A stretch of 64,000 nucleotides of DNA. It comes from Thermoleophilia bacterium. Its GTDB lineage: Bacteria; Actinomycetota; Thermoleophilia; Miltoncostaeales; Miltoncostaeaceae. The translations under genes and the position numbers were made by a program. The notes beneath the pieces are model-generated. The model did no database searches. It was given only the letters and a program-made list of their open reading frames with translations, and had not been told where the DNA came from. Positions 56,701 to 64,000 of this stretch are shown here, piece by piece; the stretch's first letter is position 1; each line of letters begins with the position of its first letter. The stretch spans positions 6,591 through 70,590 of the forward strand of contig JBFWNT010000018.1 in assembly GCA_050250915.1 (NCBI GenBank), given 5' to 3'.

Positions 56701-56727
56701 CCCCTTCGAGGGCGCCCAAAGAGGTAG
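53707..56727 (+). CDS. large serine recombinase with N- and C-terminal extensions
   Basis: YWRLS (catalytic Ser), RPDL..GVDRIHRN, LPFGFY, MLRNPIYV..APIPLELFQ (Recombinase domain), coiled coil. True start may lie nearer 54250-54346. Confidence 0.85.
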   Translation: MPVRVPTPRPSCSGVAWLETDEGFLDAVLAASASGQVESWIHGADSRDREPSEAPSAERLVARAVVSILLRRPLPGFNPLLSWHAGPGHPGAHDGLAQVSEPLSYREVGRLIWTGVVTDGPAGRRRERPVASFGYPVVRRREKRAAGPSTHRQSWGADPKAIVSEAPRAPRRRPGRGGRQPRVSAFTEATATAQLRAEIGEPTVGERRQGTGFMYWRLSESGSGFALARLSGDEIRKGESALSQVQAIWHTASQFELKLGHLVVTTNSTGARRFEYRPDLLLLHELIANGEVDAVCARGVDRIHRNDLVRAQLEDLFISSGTQLYLSQFGHLDWIRDLHYWRRKSNQAEEERDDIFSRTHGGMIATRLAEGRGRPGALPFGFYYNPECGEVVVDPEQWPFVVIVHRGYEELHEEGATGGLRRLEEKLEALGCPMSVGMIANMLRNPIYVTGEYTVSWNGRQVTANPIKIAAPIPLELFQRNQERLALNTGRHSVTPVGFLALNGVEVIHDRCQDLPVAKEDAAKLPRTCTSLVLRGRPTSSADGYVYSHYPRTPGSCRGMVIPQNVLEPTVMRALRQLAANRELQEQWRRAPRGDPAERPRILSPEARTQVESELRDLGLLIEHREARWSDPKHPDSQMTASEFSKIISPLHEKRERLKRRLRMDDVLDPTPPVTPLEKDMGAIARAAGLDDESTYGELLEKLEEVLTDEPPDDPDHLRRRAAVVKASLSSILIKDAPDGFTLELRGPLVPPGTKVVGPIGPIASDGGALKPTSSPRRPPSELSSTSWRDGQFQDDEEPLDHRMVTTTYWSTPAAQRPKPLRPKRIARRPRLDWTPLWVSTPISLPCPDASRPPEATPREPWSSSDQDVAKEAIRVSIRFTGRGCGFNETTYARVRRAHPELPTYAFVERARRNSWKSWPIFVGEAIGEEINDLPLTDLARDRRELLRLRSAARTGALRTVKWGSFHYTRQEWVDEFRPKLLRPRSRGPSGPPPPSRPPLRGRPKR

Positions 56728-57119
56728 GCGAGCGTCACCTCATACCCACCCACGAGCGCCGCTGCGAGGGTCACCGTAAGTTGACGGCTCCGATTCGAGT
56801 CGAAGGAGTCGAGGATCTTCCCCAGCGGTGCGGCTGGGAGAGGGCCAGGGATCGCGCCTGCGGAGGCAGGCGCGACGCGAACCCGCTGACCGGCTGTAGG
56901 CCCCCGCGGCCCACCGAGGTGTCAAGGTCGAGGCGCGCCAAGGGGCGGCGACGGCGCTCATCCTCCGCGGAATCGCTCTCGCCCACGCTACCCGTTTGAC
57001 AGCGGCCACGGCGCCCCAAGCCTTTCGTCGGACGGGTCGGCCCTTGGAGAGATCGGCTGTCCGGTCAGATTCTTACCCTGCTGCGTATGGCAACCGTCAC
57101 GGACTGGACCCTGGCGACC

Positions 57120-57803
57120 ATGGCTGGGAAGAAAAAGAAGCCCAAGGTCTTCGTCGGCCCGCCGGAGGCCCAGTGGAGATTCCTGGTGGTCGTGGTGTCC
57201 GTCATCACGCTGTCTGGACTCGTGGCTGTTCTCGTTCCCCGTACTCTGGCCTGGTTCGAGCGACACGATGGCTTCGCTTCGTTCGCAGGAGCGGCCGTAG
57301 CTCTGCTGGCTGTCTTCCTCTCCTTTCTCCAGGCACGCTCAGCGGAACGACGGGCGGAAGCCGCAGAAGGCCGAGAGCGAGACCAGGCGCAAAACCAGCT
57401 TCGAGCCGAGATCGGAGCGATCCTGAGTCCGCTCCCACTCCAGGCCGCGACGACGCCAGACGGTGGCTACTTCCTCATCCGGGTGTGGAACATCGGCCGT
57501 GGTCCCGCCCGCAACATCACAGCCGACGCCAAGGGTCAGGTCTCGGGTGTCTCACTGGCCCCGACCGGCTCAACCTCTCACGAGCAGGTCGCTGGACGAG
57601 ATATGCCTGGCGCTGGCATCGCTCCCTTCTGCGAGTTCCGTTTCCAGGTGCCCAAAGGCTCGATCATCGTGGACCAGAACGAGAAGGTCTCGGTTGAGAC
57701 CTTCAAGGTGACGATCACTTGGGACGACAACCTCGGGTCAGGAGAGGTCGTCTACCAGACAACGGGCCACCCCGGGCACTCACCGACTCCGTTCATTCTC
57801 TAG
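57120..57803 (+). CDS. hypothetical membrane protein (two TM helices + beta-rich domain)
   Basis: MAGKKKKP.., two hydrophobic helices, LIRVWNIGRGPARNI. Confidence 0.7.
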   Translation: MAGKKKKPKVFVGPPEAQWRFLVVVVSVITLSGLVAVLVPRTLAWFERHDGFASFAGAAVALLAVFLSFLQARSAERRAEAAEGRERDQAQNQLRAEIGAILSPLPLQAATTPDGGYFLIRVWNIGRGPARNITADAKGQVSGVSLAPTGSTSHEQVAGRDMPGAGIAPFCEFRFQVPKGSIIVDQNEKVSVETFKVTITWDDNLGSGEVVYQTTGHPGHSPTPFIL

Positions 57804-57889
57804 ACGGATCGAGAGGCCCGAGGGAGACTCTGCGGCCTATCGGTGCTCCTGATGCAGTGGGTGCAAGCAGAACCGCACGCCACAGGACG

Positions 57890-58423
57890 TCTGTAGTCGC
57901 ACATCATCAGGAAGCTCCGGGTGATCAAAGGGGAGTCCCTGAGGCGATCTGTCTGGACTGGGAGCGCCGTGGGGTGAAGACCGCGACTGGCCAGAGCGCC
58001 TTCCACTCGGCCAACCTGAAGAAGATCCTGATGCGTTGGCGCTACGCAGGCATCCGAGAGGACCTGGGTGAGCCCGTGGGGCCCGCTGTGTGGCCAGCGA
58101 TCGTGACCGAGGATGAGCTTCGGGCCGTGCGGGCGACCCTAATGACCGACGAGAAGCGGCCCTACCTCTCCCGCACCTACATGCTCAAGGGGCTGCTGGT
58201 CTGCGGTCAGTGCGGCCACAGGATGCAGGGGAACTACGGCTCCAAGGGTCTGGTGCGTTACCAGTGCCAAAAGCAGGCGAACATCACGGCCTGTGGCAAG
58301 ACCACCGTCCAGGCCCGCTACTTGGAGCCCTGGATCTGGGAGCAGTTCTACGGGCGGGTCGACAAGGACGACCTGGCTGGCGCCGGCGATCCTTCGCTCA
58401 GCGCGCAGGCGGCCTCAGACTAG
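57890..58423 (+). pseudogene. truncated large serine recombinase (Recombinase + zinc ribbon only)
   Basis: IIRKLRVIKGESLR /frameshift/ AICLDWERRGVKT..KKILMRWRYAG..WPAIVTEDE..LKGLLVCGQCGHRM..YQC..C; no catalytic domain or coiled coil. Confidence 0.8.
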
Positions 58424-58749
58424 CCCTCAGGTCCGGCGGCGAGCGCGTCGTAGACACGATCGAGGAACTCTCGATCGGCCCGGATGGCCTGGAGCACGCT
58501 CGCCTGGCGGGTCTCAACAAAGAAGTCGTTGGGCAGGCTGAGGGCGTCTGCCACTCGCCCGGCAAGCTGACCCGAGATCTCCCGCCCCTGCGACGCGCTC
58601 GCAACCCGCGAGAGATGGGCGACATCGACGCCGACCTGCCGCGCGAGCTCGCGAAGACTCATCCCGCTCGCCGCCAGAAGTGGAGGCAGCTCATCCGGGA
58701 AGGGCCGCGAGGCTCGAGGGGCTCCACGTGCGCTCACACGAGAGGACAC
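58420..58749 (-). CDS. XRE-like HTH regulator
   Basis: PFPDELPPLL..GMSLRELARQVGVDVAHLSRV..ADALSLPNDFFVE; start uncertain. Confidence 0.8.
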   Translation of the reverse strand: MSSRVSARGAPRASRPFPDELPPLLAASGMSLRELARQVGVDVAHLSRVASASQGREISGQLAGRVADALSLPNDFFVETRQASVLQAIRADREFLDRVYDALAAGPEG

Positions 58750-58880
58750 TACCGCGGTCTCACTCAACGAATGTCCGCCCAAGGCGCGTGCGCTGCTCAC
58801 CTCGTCGAGCCTTCCGGGACGACCCTCCCGACAGCGACTCAGCGGCGAACACGAAGGCACGTGGGTCGCCTGCGAGCGAC

Positions 58881-60098
58881 TCACGTCGTCCGCCGATCAC
58901 GGCCCTCATCGAAGAAGCGGATCACGTCCTCGCGAAGGATGACGAGAGGCGCGACCGGCTCGTTGGGAAGCACGTGGGCGTAGACCCGATGAAGACTGGT
59001 GAGGTTCGAATGGCCTGCGATGTCCCGGACCATCGCGTCGGGCACGTTGGCGGCCAGCAGGCGTGAGAGGAAGCGGTGGCGCAGGTCGTGGGGGCCGATC
59101 GTGCTCGGCAGGCCGGCGGCCTTGCTCGCCCTCATCATCGCCTTGTAGATGCTGTTGTGAGTGAGGGGGCCTCCGGTCCTCGGGTGAGGAAAGAGCAGTC
59201 GTTGGCCTCGGGACGGCGAGAGGTCGAGGAGAGGGATCAGCGGTGCGAGTTCCCGGGTGATCGGGATGAACCGGTGTCCGGCGGTCCCGCCCTTGGTCCT
59301 CGGGATCCAGATGCGCCCCCTGGCGACGTCGACGTCAGCACGTCGGATGCCCTTCAGCTCGCAGAAGCGGACCCCCGTGAGGGCCATGAACATCACCGGC
59401 TTCAGATGGGGGCTCGGCAAGGTTCGGCCAGGGCGATTGCGCAGGTGCTCGAGCATCGCCTCGACCTCCGCGTGTGTCGGGCAGACGGAGCCGGCCGCAC
59501 CGTCCTCATGGATCTCGCTCGCGGCGGGCCCTCGTGCCTTCTTCGCCCAGCGTAGGTTGCGGCTGTCGGCGGGGTTCGGCTCGATGTCGAAGCGGCCAAG
59601 CGCACTGCGGTACTGGCCGAAGTACTGAGCGCGAGTGCTCGGCGCAAGGTGCAGGTTGGCAAGGTGCCAAGCCTGCAAGTCCTGCCAGCGCATCTCTTCG
59701 ATGAAGATCGAGCCGAGCTCGCCGAGGTTGGCGATACCGTTCCTCCAGTTGCGCACCGTCTCCGGGGCCAGACCCACTCGCCTCTCCTCAAGCGTCTGCT
59801 CAAGGGCTTGGAGCAGGGGCGTCCCGACTGCCTTGATGGGTTCGCGCGGATCCTCACCGGCCGCGAGCCGGAGGCGGATCGCGTCCCGACGAGCCTTGGC
59901 CTCGCGCATGGTGGAGAAGGTGCCGCCCGTGAGCGGCTTGCTCCCCCGACCGCCCACGCGGTAGCGGACCACGTAGCGGACGTCAGTCAGCGGCTCGGAC
60001 CTGCCCGCCTGGGGCCGGCCCGTCCGGGCGGTCAGGCCGCGGGTGACCCACTTGCCGCTCGGGTCCTTGCCCCTTGTGAGGATGTGTGCGGAGCCCAT
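58881..60098 (-). CDS. tyrosine integrase
   Basis: TGVRFCEL (R), TKGG (K), HDLRH (HxxR), AGHSN (H), RVYAH (Y); ATG 60098 overlaps the Xis-like stop. Confidence 0.95.
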   Translation of the reverse strand: MGSAHILTRGKDPSGKWVTRGLTARTGRPQAGRSEPLTDVRYVVRYRVGGRGSKPLTGGTFSTMREAKARRDAIRLRLAAGEDPREPIKAVGTPLLQALEQTLEERRVGLAPETVRNWRNGIANLGELGSIFIEEMRWQDLQAWHLANLHLAPSTRAQYFGQYRSALGRFDIEPNPADSRNLRWAKKARGPAASEIHEDGAAGSVCPTHAEVEAMLEHLRNRPGRTLPSPHLKPVMFMALTGVRFCELKGIRRADVDVARGRIWIPRTKGGTAGHRFIPITRELAPLIPLLDLSPSRGQRLLFPHPRTGGPLTHNSIYKAMMRASKAAGLPSTIGPHDLRHRFLSRLLAANVPDAMVRDIAGHSNLTSLHRVYAHVLPNEPVAPLVILREDVIRFFDEGRDRRTT

Positions 60099-60322
60099 CA
60101 GCGGGCCTCCGGCTGGGTCTCGCAACTCCGGATGAAGGCGAGCACCTCGTCGCGGTAGGCGTAGACCTTGCGCAGGCCGGGGATCCGCACGAGCGTGACG
60201 CAGCGGAAGATCCGCTCCGCAGTGGCCTCTGCGACCCCGAGCTCGTCCCGCATCCGGCGCTGGTCGATCAGCGTCGGCAGAGGCGGCAGGGCCTCCTCGA
60301 TCGTGACTGCCGTATCTGTCAT
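60098..60322 (-). CDS. excisionase-like small DNA-binding protein
   Basis: 74 aa, LIDQRRMRDELGVAEATAERIF..RKVYAYRDEV, coupled to the integrase; AAGGAG RBS. Confidence 0.7.
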   Translation of the reverse strand: MTDTAVTIEEALPPLPTLIDQRRMRDELGVAEATAERIFRCVTLVRIPGLRKVYAYRDEVLAFIRSCETQPEAR

Positions 60323-60646
60323 GGCGGCTCCTTCGCCGTCGTCCGCGGGGTGGGATCAGTCCCTTCACCCCCTTGCGATTGCGAACGTACGACGCCCTTC
60401 GGCGACCGCTTGCAGCTAGCCGAAAGTCGGCCCGGACGGGCCGCCAGGCGCGCTTGGTCTCCCCTCCCACGAGGCGAGAAACAGGTGCCCCGTGGGCCTG
60501 CCTGACTAGGGTCGGCGCATGGACTACCCCGCCCCCTCAAGCCCCGCCAAGCCCCGCTGGCGTGATGTCCCAGTGTGTCCCCGGCCGTGCGTGGTCCTTC
60601 CGGGAAACTTCCCGGATGCAGGGGAAACAGAGAGCTCCGACGAGTC

Positions 60647-60673
60647 TGCAGGTTCGAGTCCTGCCCGAGGAGT
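60647..60673 (+). repeat. att core, right copy (displaced tRNA-Asn 3' fragment)
   Basis: Exact 27-bp copy of 30982-31008. Confidence 0.95.
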
Positions 60674-60860
60674 TCCACCCGGGAGGGTCCGGCGGCGGCG
60701 GGTTTGCCATCGGCGGCGAACGTCGCCCCTCCCCGGGCAGGCGCGGCGGGGAACGCACGGACGCCGAGGCCGTCCGGCGCTGCGTTCCCGCGCCCCGAGC
60801 CCCCGGGCCGCGCCGCCCGTGGGCGGGGTCGCCCGCGGGCCGCGCTCGACATAGGCTCGC

Positions 60861-62510
60861 ATGCGTGACCCCCGGACCCACGACATCGTGGACGATCGCG
60901 GCGGGCGGCCCCCGGTGAGCCGGGGGCGGCCCCGGCGGTGGGCGCGCGACGCGGGTCTGGTCGCCATCGCGGCGCTCGCCGCGCTGCCGGCCGCCGCGGA
61001 GGGCGCCGCCCGGGTCTACTGGACGAACGACGCCGGCAACTCGATCGGCTTCGCCAACCTCGCCGGCGAGGGCGCGGGGAACGTGCCGATCGGCGGGGCC
61101 ACGCTCTCCGGCCCGCAGGGGATGGCGATCGACCCTGCCGCCGGGCGGCTCTACTGGGCCAACTACGACGGCAACAAGATCTCGTTCGCCAACCTCGACG
61201 GCACGGGCGGCGGCGACCTGCGCACCGCCGGCGCCACCGTGGCCTCGCCGTACGGCGTCGCGATCGACCCGGCGGGCGGGCGGATCTACTGGGCCAACGC
61301 CCCCGGCGGCGGCGGCAGCCGGATCTCGTTCGCCGCGCTCGACGGAAGCGGCGGGGGCGACCTCAACACGGCGGGGGCGACCGCGCTGAGCAATCCGCTG
61401 GGTGTGGCCGTCGACCCGGCGGGCGGGCGGGTCTACTGGGCCAACTACGGCGCCGGGAAGATCTCCTTCGCCCGCCTCGACGGCAGCGGCGGCGCCGACA
61501 TCCCCACGGCGGGCGCCACGGTCAACGGTCCCGCCGGAGTCGCGCTCGACCCCGGCACGGGGCGGATCTACTGGGCGAATCTCAACGGCGACACGATCTC
61601 GTTCGCGGCCCTGGACGGCACGGGTGGCGGCGACCTCCCCACCGCGGGGGCCACGGTCAATGACCCCGAGGGGGTCGCGATCGACCCCGAGGCGAGGACC
61701 GTCTACTGGGCCAACTACGGCGCACCGGCCATCTCGTTCGCCCGTCTCGACGGGAGCGGCGGCGGCAACGTGGTGACGACCGGCGCAACCGTGAGCGAGG
61801 CCGGGTTCCCCGCGCTGCTCGTCCCACCCGCGGCGGCGGGCGCCCCCGCGATCACGGGCGCCGGTCCCCCCGGCTCGGTGCTGTCCTGCACCGCCGGCTC
61901 CTGGGCCCCGGACGTGTCAGGCGCGTTCCTCTACCGGGCGCCCCGGGCGCTCCAGCACCGGTGGAGCCGGGACGGCGCGGAGATCGCCGGCGCAACCGCG
62001 CCGACCTACATCGCGCTCGCAGCCGGCGAATACCGCTGCATCGTCAGTGCCTCGAACGCGGCGGGAGAGGCGTCGCAGACCAGCACGCCCGTGCGTGTCC
62101 AGCCATCACCGCCGCGCACCTTCGGCCCCCGGACCCTGGTTGCGCTGAGGCTGGCGCCGAGCCGCATCGGACCGAGGGGGCCGGTGAGGCTGGTGGTGCT
62201 CAACCGCAACCCCTTCCCCGTCCGGGGCAGGATCACCGGGACGACGGTCCGCCGCCTCACACCGGGCCCCCGAGCCCGGCGCGTCGCCCTGCGCCCCGCG
62301 CGTTTCCGGCTCGAGGCCGGCGCGAGGGCCACCGTCGCCGTGGCGCTGCCACGGGCACTGCGGCGGCCGTTCGCGCGGGCCGGACGCCTCCCGCTGCGGC
62401 TGAGCATGCGTCTGACGGACCCGGCCGGGGTCGCGCGCTCCGTCAGGGCGACGGTGGTGCCGAGGCTGCGGCCCGCCCCGCCCCGTGACGGGCGCCTGCC
62501 GCCGGCCTGA
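60861..62510 (+). CDS. secreted six-blade YWTD-like beta-propeller protein with Ig-like domain
   Basis: Six ~44-aa repeats (YWAN..ISFA.LDG.GGGDL.TAGATV..P.GVAIDP), then LSCTAGSW..Y.C and an Arg-rich tail. Confidence 0.85.
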   Translation: MRDPRTHDIVDDRGGRPPVSRGRPRRWARDAGLVAIAALAALPAAAEGAARVYWTNDAGNSIGFANLAGEGAGNVPIGGATLSGPQGMAIDPAAGRLYWANYDGNKISFANLDGTGGGDLRTAGATVASPYGVAIDPAGGRIYWANAPGGGGSRISFAALDGSGGGDLNTAGATALSNPLGVAVDPAGGRVYWANYGAGKISFARLDGSGGADIPTAGATVNGPAGVALDPGTGRIYWANLNGDTISFAALDGTGGGDLPTAGATVNDPEGVAIDPEARTVYWANYGAPAISFARLDGSGGGNVVTTGATVSEAGFPALLVPPAAAGAPAITGAGPPGSVLSCTAGSWAPDVSGAFLYRAPRALQHRWSRDGAEIAGATAPTYIALAAGEYRCIVSASNAAGEASQTSTPVRVQPSPPRTFGPRTLVALRLAPSRIGPRGPVRLVVLNRNPFPVRGRITGTTVRRLTPGPRARRVALRPARFRLEAGARATVAVALPRALRRPFARAGRLPLRLSMRLTDPAGVARSVRATVVPRLRPAPPRDGRLPPA

Positions 62511-62571
62511 GCGGGCAAGCCCCAGACCCGCACGAACCCCGGGCGATCAACGTGTACGGTTCCGCCGCGAC

Positions 62572-62685
62572 ATGCTCTTCGACCAGGAACGACACGGGGG
62601 CGCCATCAAGGTCATCGCGATCGTGCTCGCGGTGGTGTTCCTGATCGGGATGATCGTCCTCGGGGGCGTCCTGATCTTCGTGTAG
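62572..62685 (+). CDS. small single-TM protein (37 aa)
   Basis: MLFDQERHGGAIKVIAIVLAVVFLIGMIVLGGVLIFV. Confidence 0.5.
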   Translation: MLFDQERHGGAIKVIAIVLAVVFLIGMIVLGGVLIFV

Positions 62686-62941
62686 GCGGTCCGCACGGGC
62701 CTGGCACCCGGTCCACCACCAGGCATATGGTCGCCTGGTCCGGCCGTCCTGCCGGGGTGGACCCGGTGCCGCCGACACAGCGCACGATCACCGACGGGCC
62801 CGCCGCGGCAGCACGGCGCGGGGCACGCCGGGTGATGCGCGCGGCCCCTTCATCGTCACGCCCGTCCCGGACGGCCGGGCGATCGTGCCGACCCCCGGCA
62901 CGACGACCGGGCGCGCGAGCGCGCCCGAGAGGAGGGACCAC

Positions 62942-63271
62942 ATGCACGTCCTGATCATCAACTTCCACCTGGCGGACATGACCGAGGACGCGTACCGGGC
63001 GGCATCCGCCGAACTCGCGCCCGCGTTCGCCCGGGTGCCCGGACTGCTCGCGAAGCTGTGGCTCCACGAGGACGCCTCCGCGACGTACGGGGGCGTCTAC
63101 CTCTTCCGGGACCGGCAGGCGGTGGAGGCCTACCTCGCCTCCGACCTGCTCGCCGGGGTCGCGGCGTCCCCCAACTTCGTGGACATCACCAGCCGCGACT
63201 TCGCCGTCTACGAGGACCTCAGCCGGGTCACGCAGCCGGGGCTGGAGCTCCTCGCCGAGGCGGTCGCCTAG
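62942..63271 (+). CDS. YdhR-family (dimeric alpha/beta barrel) putative monooxygenase
   Basis: GAGGAGG RBS; PGLLAKLWL..TYGGVYLF. Confidence 0.85.
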   Translation: MHVLIINFHLADMTEDAYRAASAELAPAFARVPGLLAKLWLHEDASATYGGVYLFRDRQAVEAYLASDLLAGVAASPNFVDITSRDFAVYEDLSRVTQPGLELLAEAVA

Positions 63272-63282
63272 CGACCCGGCGG

Positions 63283-63801
63283 TTACGCCGCGCCAGGCCA
63301 CGCGGGCCCCCGCGCGAGGCGCACCGGTCCCCGCGCGCCCCGGATGTCGACGGGGCGGCCGCGCTGCCGCACCTCGAGCGTCCCGGCGTCGGCCAGGTCG
63401 GCGGCGACATCACGGGCCGGCTGCATCGCGGCGCGCCACGCAGCGCCGCCCGCCACCCGTGCCGCGTCGCTCGGGCAGATGGTCCTCGCCGGGTCGCGGG
63501 CGCGGAGGAGCGTGAGCATCGCCGCCCGCAGGCGCGCCGACCTGCCCGCCTCGGAGGCCGGCTCCCACCACGGCTCCCCGCGCTCTCCGAGCGCCACCTT
63601 CGCGTCCCGCACCCGCTCGCGCGCCGCCGCCGTCCCCGGCCCACTCGCACCCGCCGCGCGCACCGCGCGCCGGGCGTCCATCAGCTCGGCGACGAGCTCC
63701 GCCCTGAGCGGATCCGGGATCGCGGGATCGGAGGCCCGCCAGCGGCGACCGCCGATCAGCAGGAAGCGCCCGTCGGGCGTCCGCTCGGGCTGCGGGGTCA
63801 T
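63283..63801 (-). CDS. DUF3253-domain protein
   Basis: GRRWRASDP..ALGERGEPWW; TICPSDAARV..WRAAM..VRQRG..GPVRL. Confidence 0.85.
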   Translation of the reverse strand: MTPQPERTPDGRFLLIGGRRWRASDPAIPDPLRAELVAELMDARRAVRAAGASGPGTAAARERVRDAKVALGERGEPWWEPASEAGRSARLRAAMLTLLRARDPARTICPSDAARVAGGAAWRAAMQPARDVAADLADAGTLEVRQRGRPVDIRGARGPVRLARGPAWPGAA

Positions 63802-63917
63802 GGCCCGGAAGTGCCCGCCGAGGGCGTGTCACGCACGCCTCTTGCGTTTCCCACCCCGGCAGGCATACGTATTCCCTCCTGACCGAACGGCCGTTGTACA
63901 ACGAGCAGGAGGCGCAG

Positions 63918-64000
63918 GTGCCCGACCTGAAGCTGGAGGCCGTGGTGGTGCCCGTCGCGGACGTGGACCGCGCGAAGGCGTTCTATGCGGGGCTCGGGTG
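63918..64000 (+). CDS. VOC/glyoxalase family protein (partial)
   Basis: AGGAGG RBS; KLEAVVVPVADVDRAKAFY; runs off the window. Confidence 0.85.
   Translation, partial: MPDLKLEAVVVPVADVDRAKAFYAGLG

Larger units (their letters stand above)
31008..60673. mobile_element. integrative genomic island (~29.7 kb) in tRNA-Asn
   Basis: 27-bp direct repeat of the tRNA 3' end; tyrosine integrase and Xis-like gene next to the right repeat; more A/T at third codon positions than the flanks (by eye); accessory cargo. Confidence 0.93.

Noticed and set aside
56792-56815. Weak echo of the att core (TTCGAGTC..CGAGGA) after the LSR
   Set aside because: Only short broken matches, expected by chance in this composition.
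60373-60918. 181-aa ORF spanning the right att site
   Set aside because: Crosses the recombination junction and hairpin-rich DNA, and is Pro/Arg/Gly-rich; spurious.

Overview
Very GC-rich bacterial DNA. Gene content and style suggest an actinobacterium, probably Thermoleophilia (Miltoncostaea/Gaiella-like); this is an inference. Positions 1-~31,000 are mostly housekeeping or core genes: a DrrAB-type ABC exporter, two ABC-F ATPases, M42 and M3B peptidases, rhomboid, STAS and GAF-ANTAR proteins, gltB, RNase D, an HD hydrolase with Ppx/GppA, SUI1 and cysH-cysC-PHP. This part also has an unexplained structured repeat between convergent genes at ~11.9-12.27 kb. A ~29.7 kb integrative island sits in the 3' end of tRNA-Asn(GTT) (30936-31007), bounded by an exact 27-bp direct repeat (30982-31008 and 60647-60673), with a tyrosine integrase and Xis-like gene at its right end. 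Island cargo, left to right: (i) a translationally coupled two-gene operon, an unknown ~440-aa protein plus a PD-(D/E)xK nuclease-like protein, which is the best candidate for an undescribed defence system; (ii) three secreted proteins (RTX-repeat, thermonuclease, DUF6636-like); (iii) four ECF sigma / single-pass anti-sigma cassettes whose extracytoplasmic parts share three shuffled modules; (iv) a membrane/TPR/TPR-AAA operon; (v) a decayed transposase abutting a cydB fragment; (vi) an orphan wHTH-MNT; (vii) an unusually long large serine recombinase with extra C-terminal domains, plus a second decayed one. Core-like genes resume after 60.7 kb. All calls come from motif reading and recalled family patterns; no searches were run.
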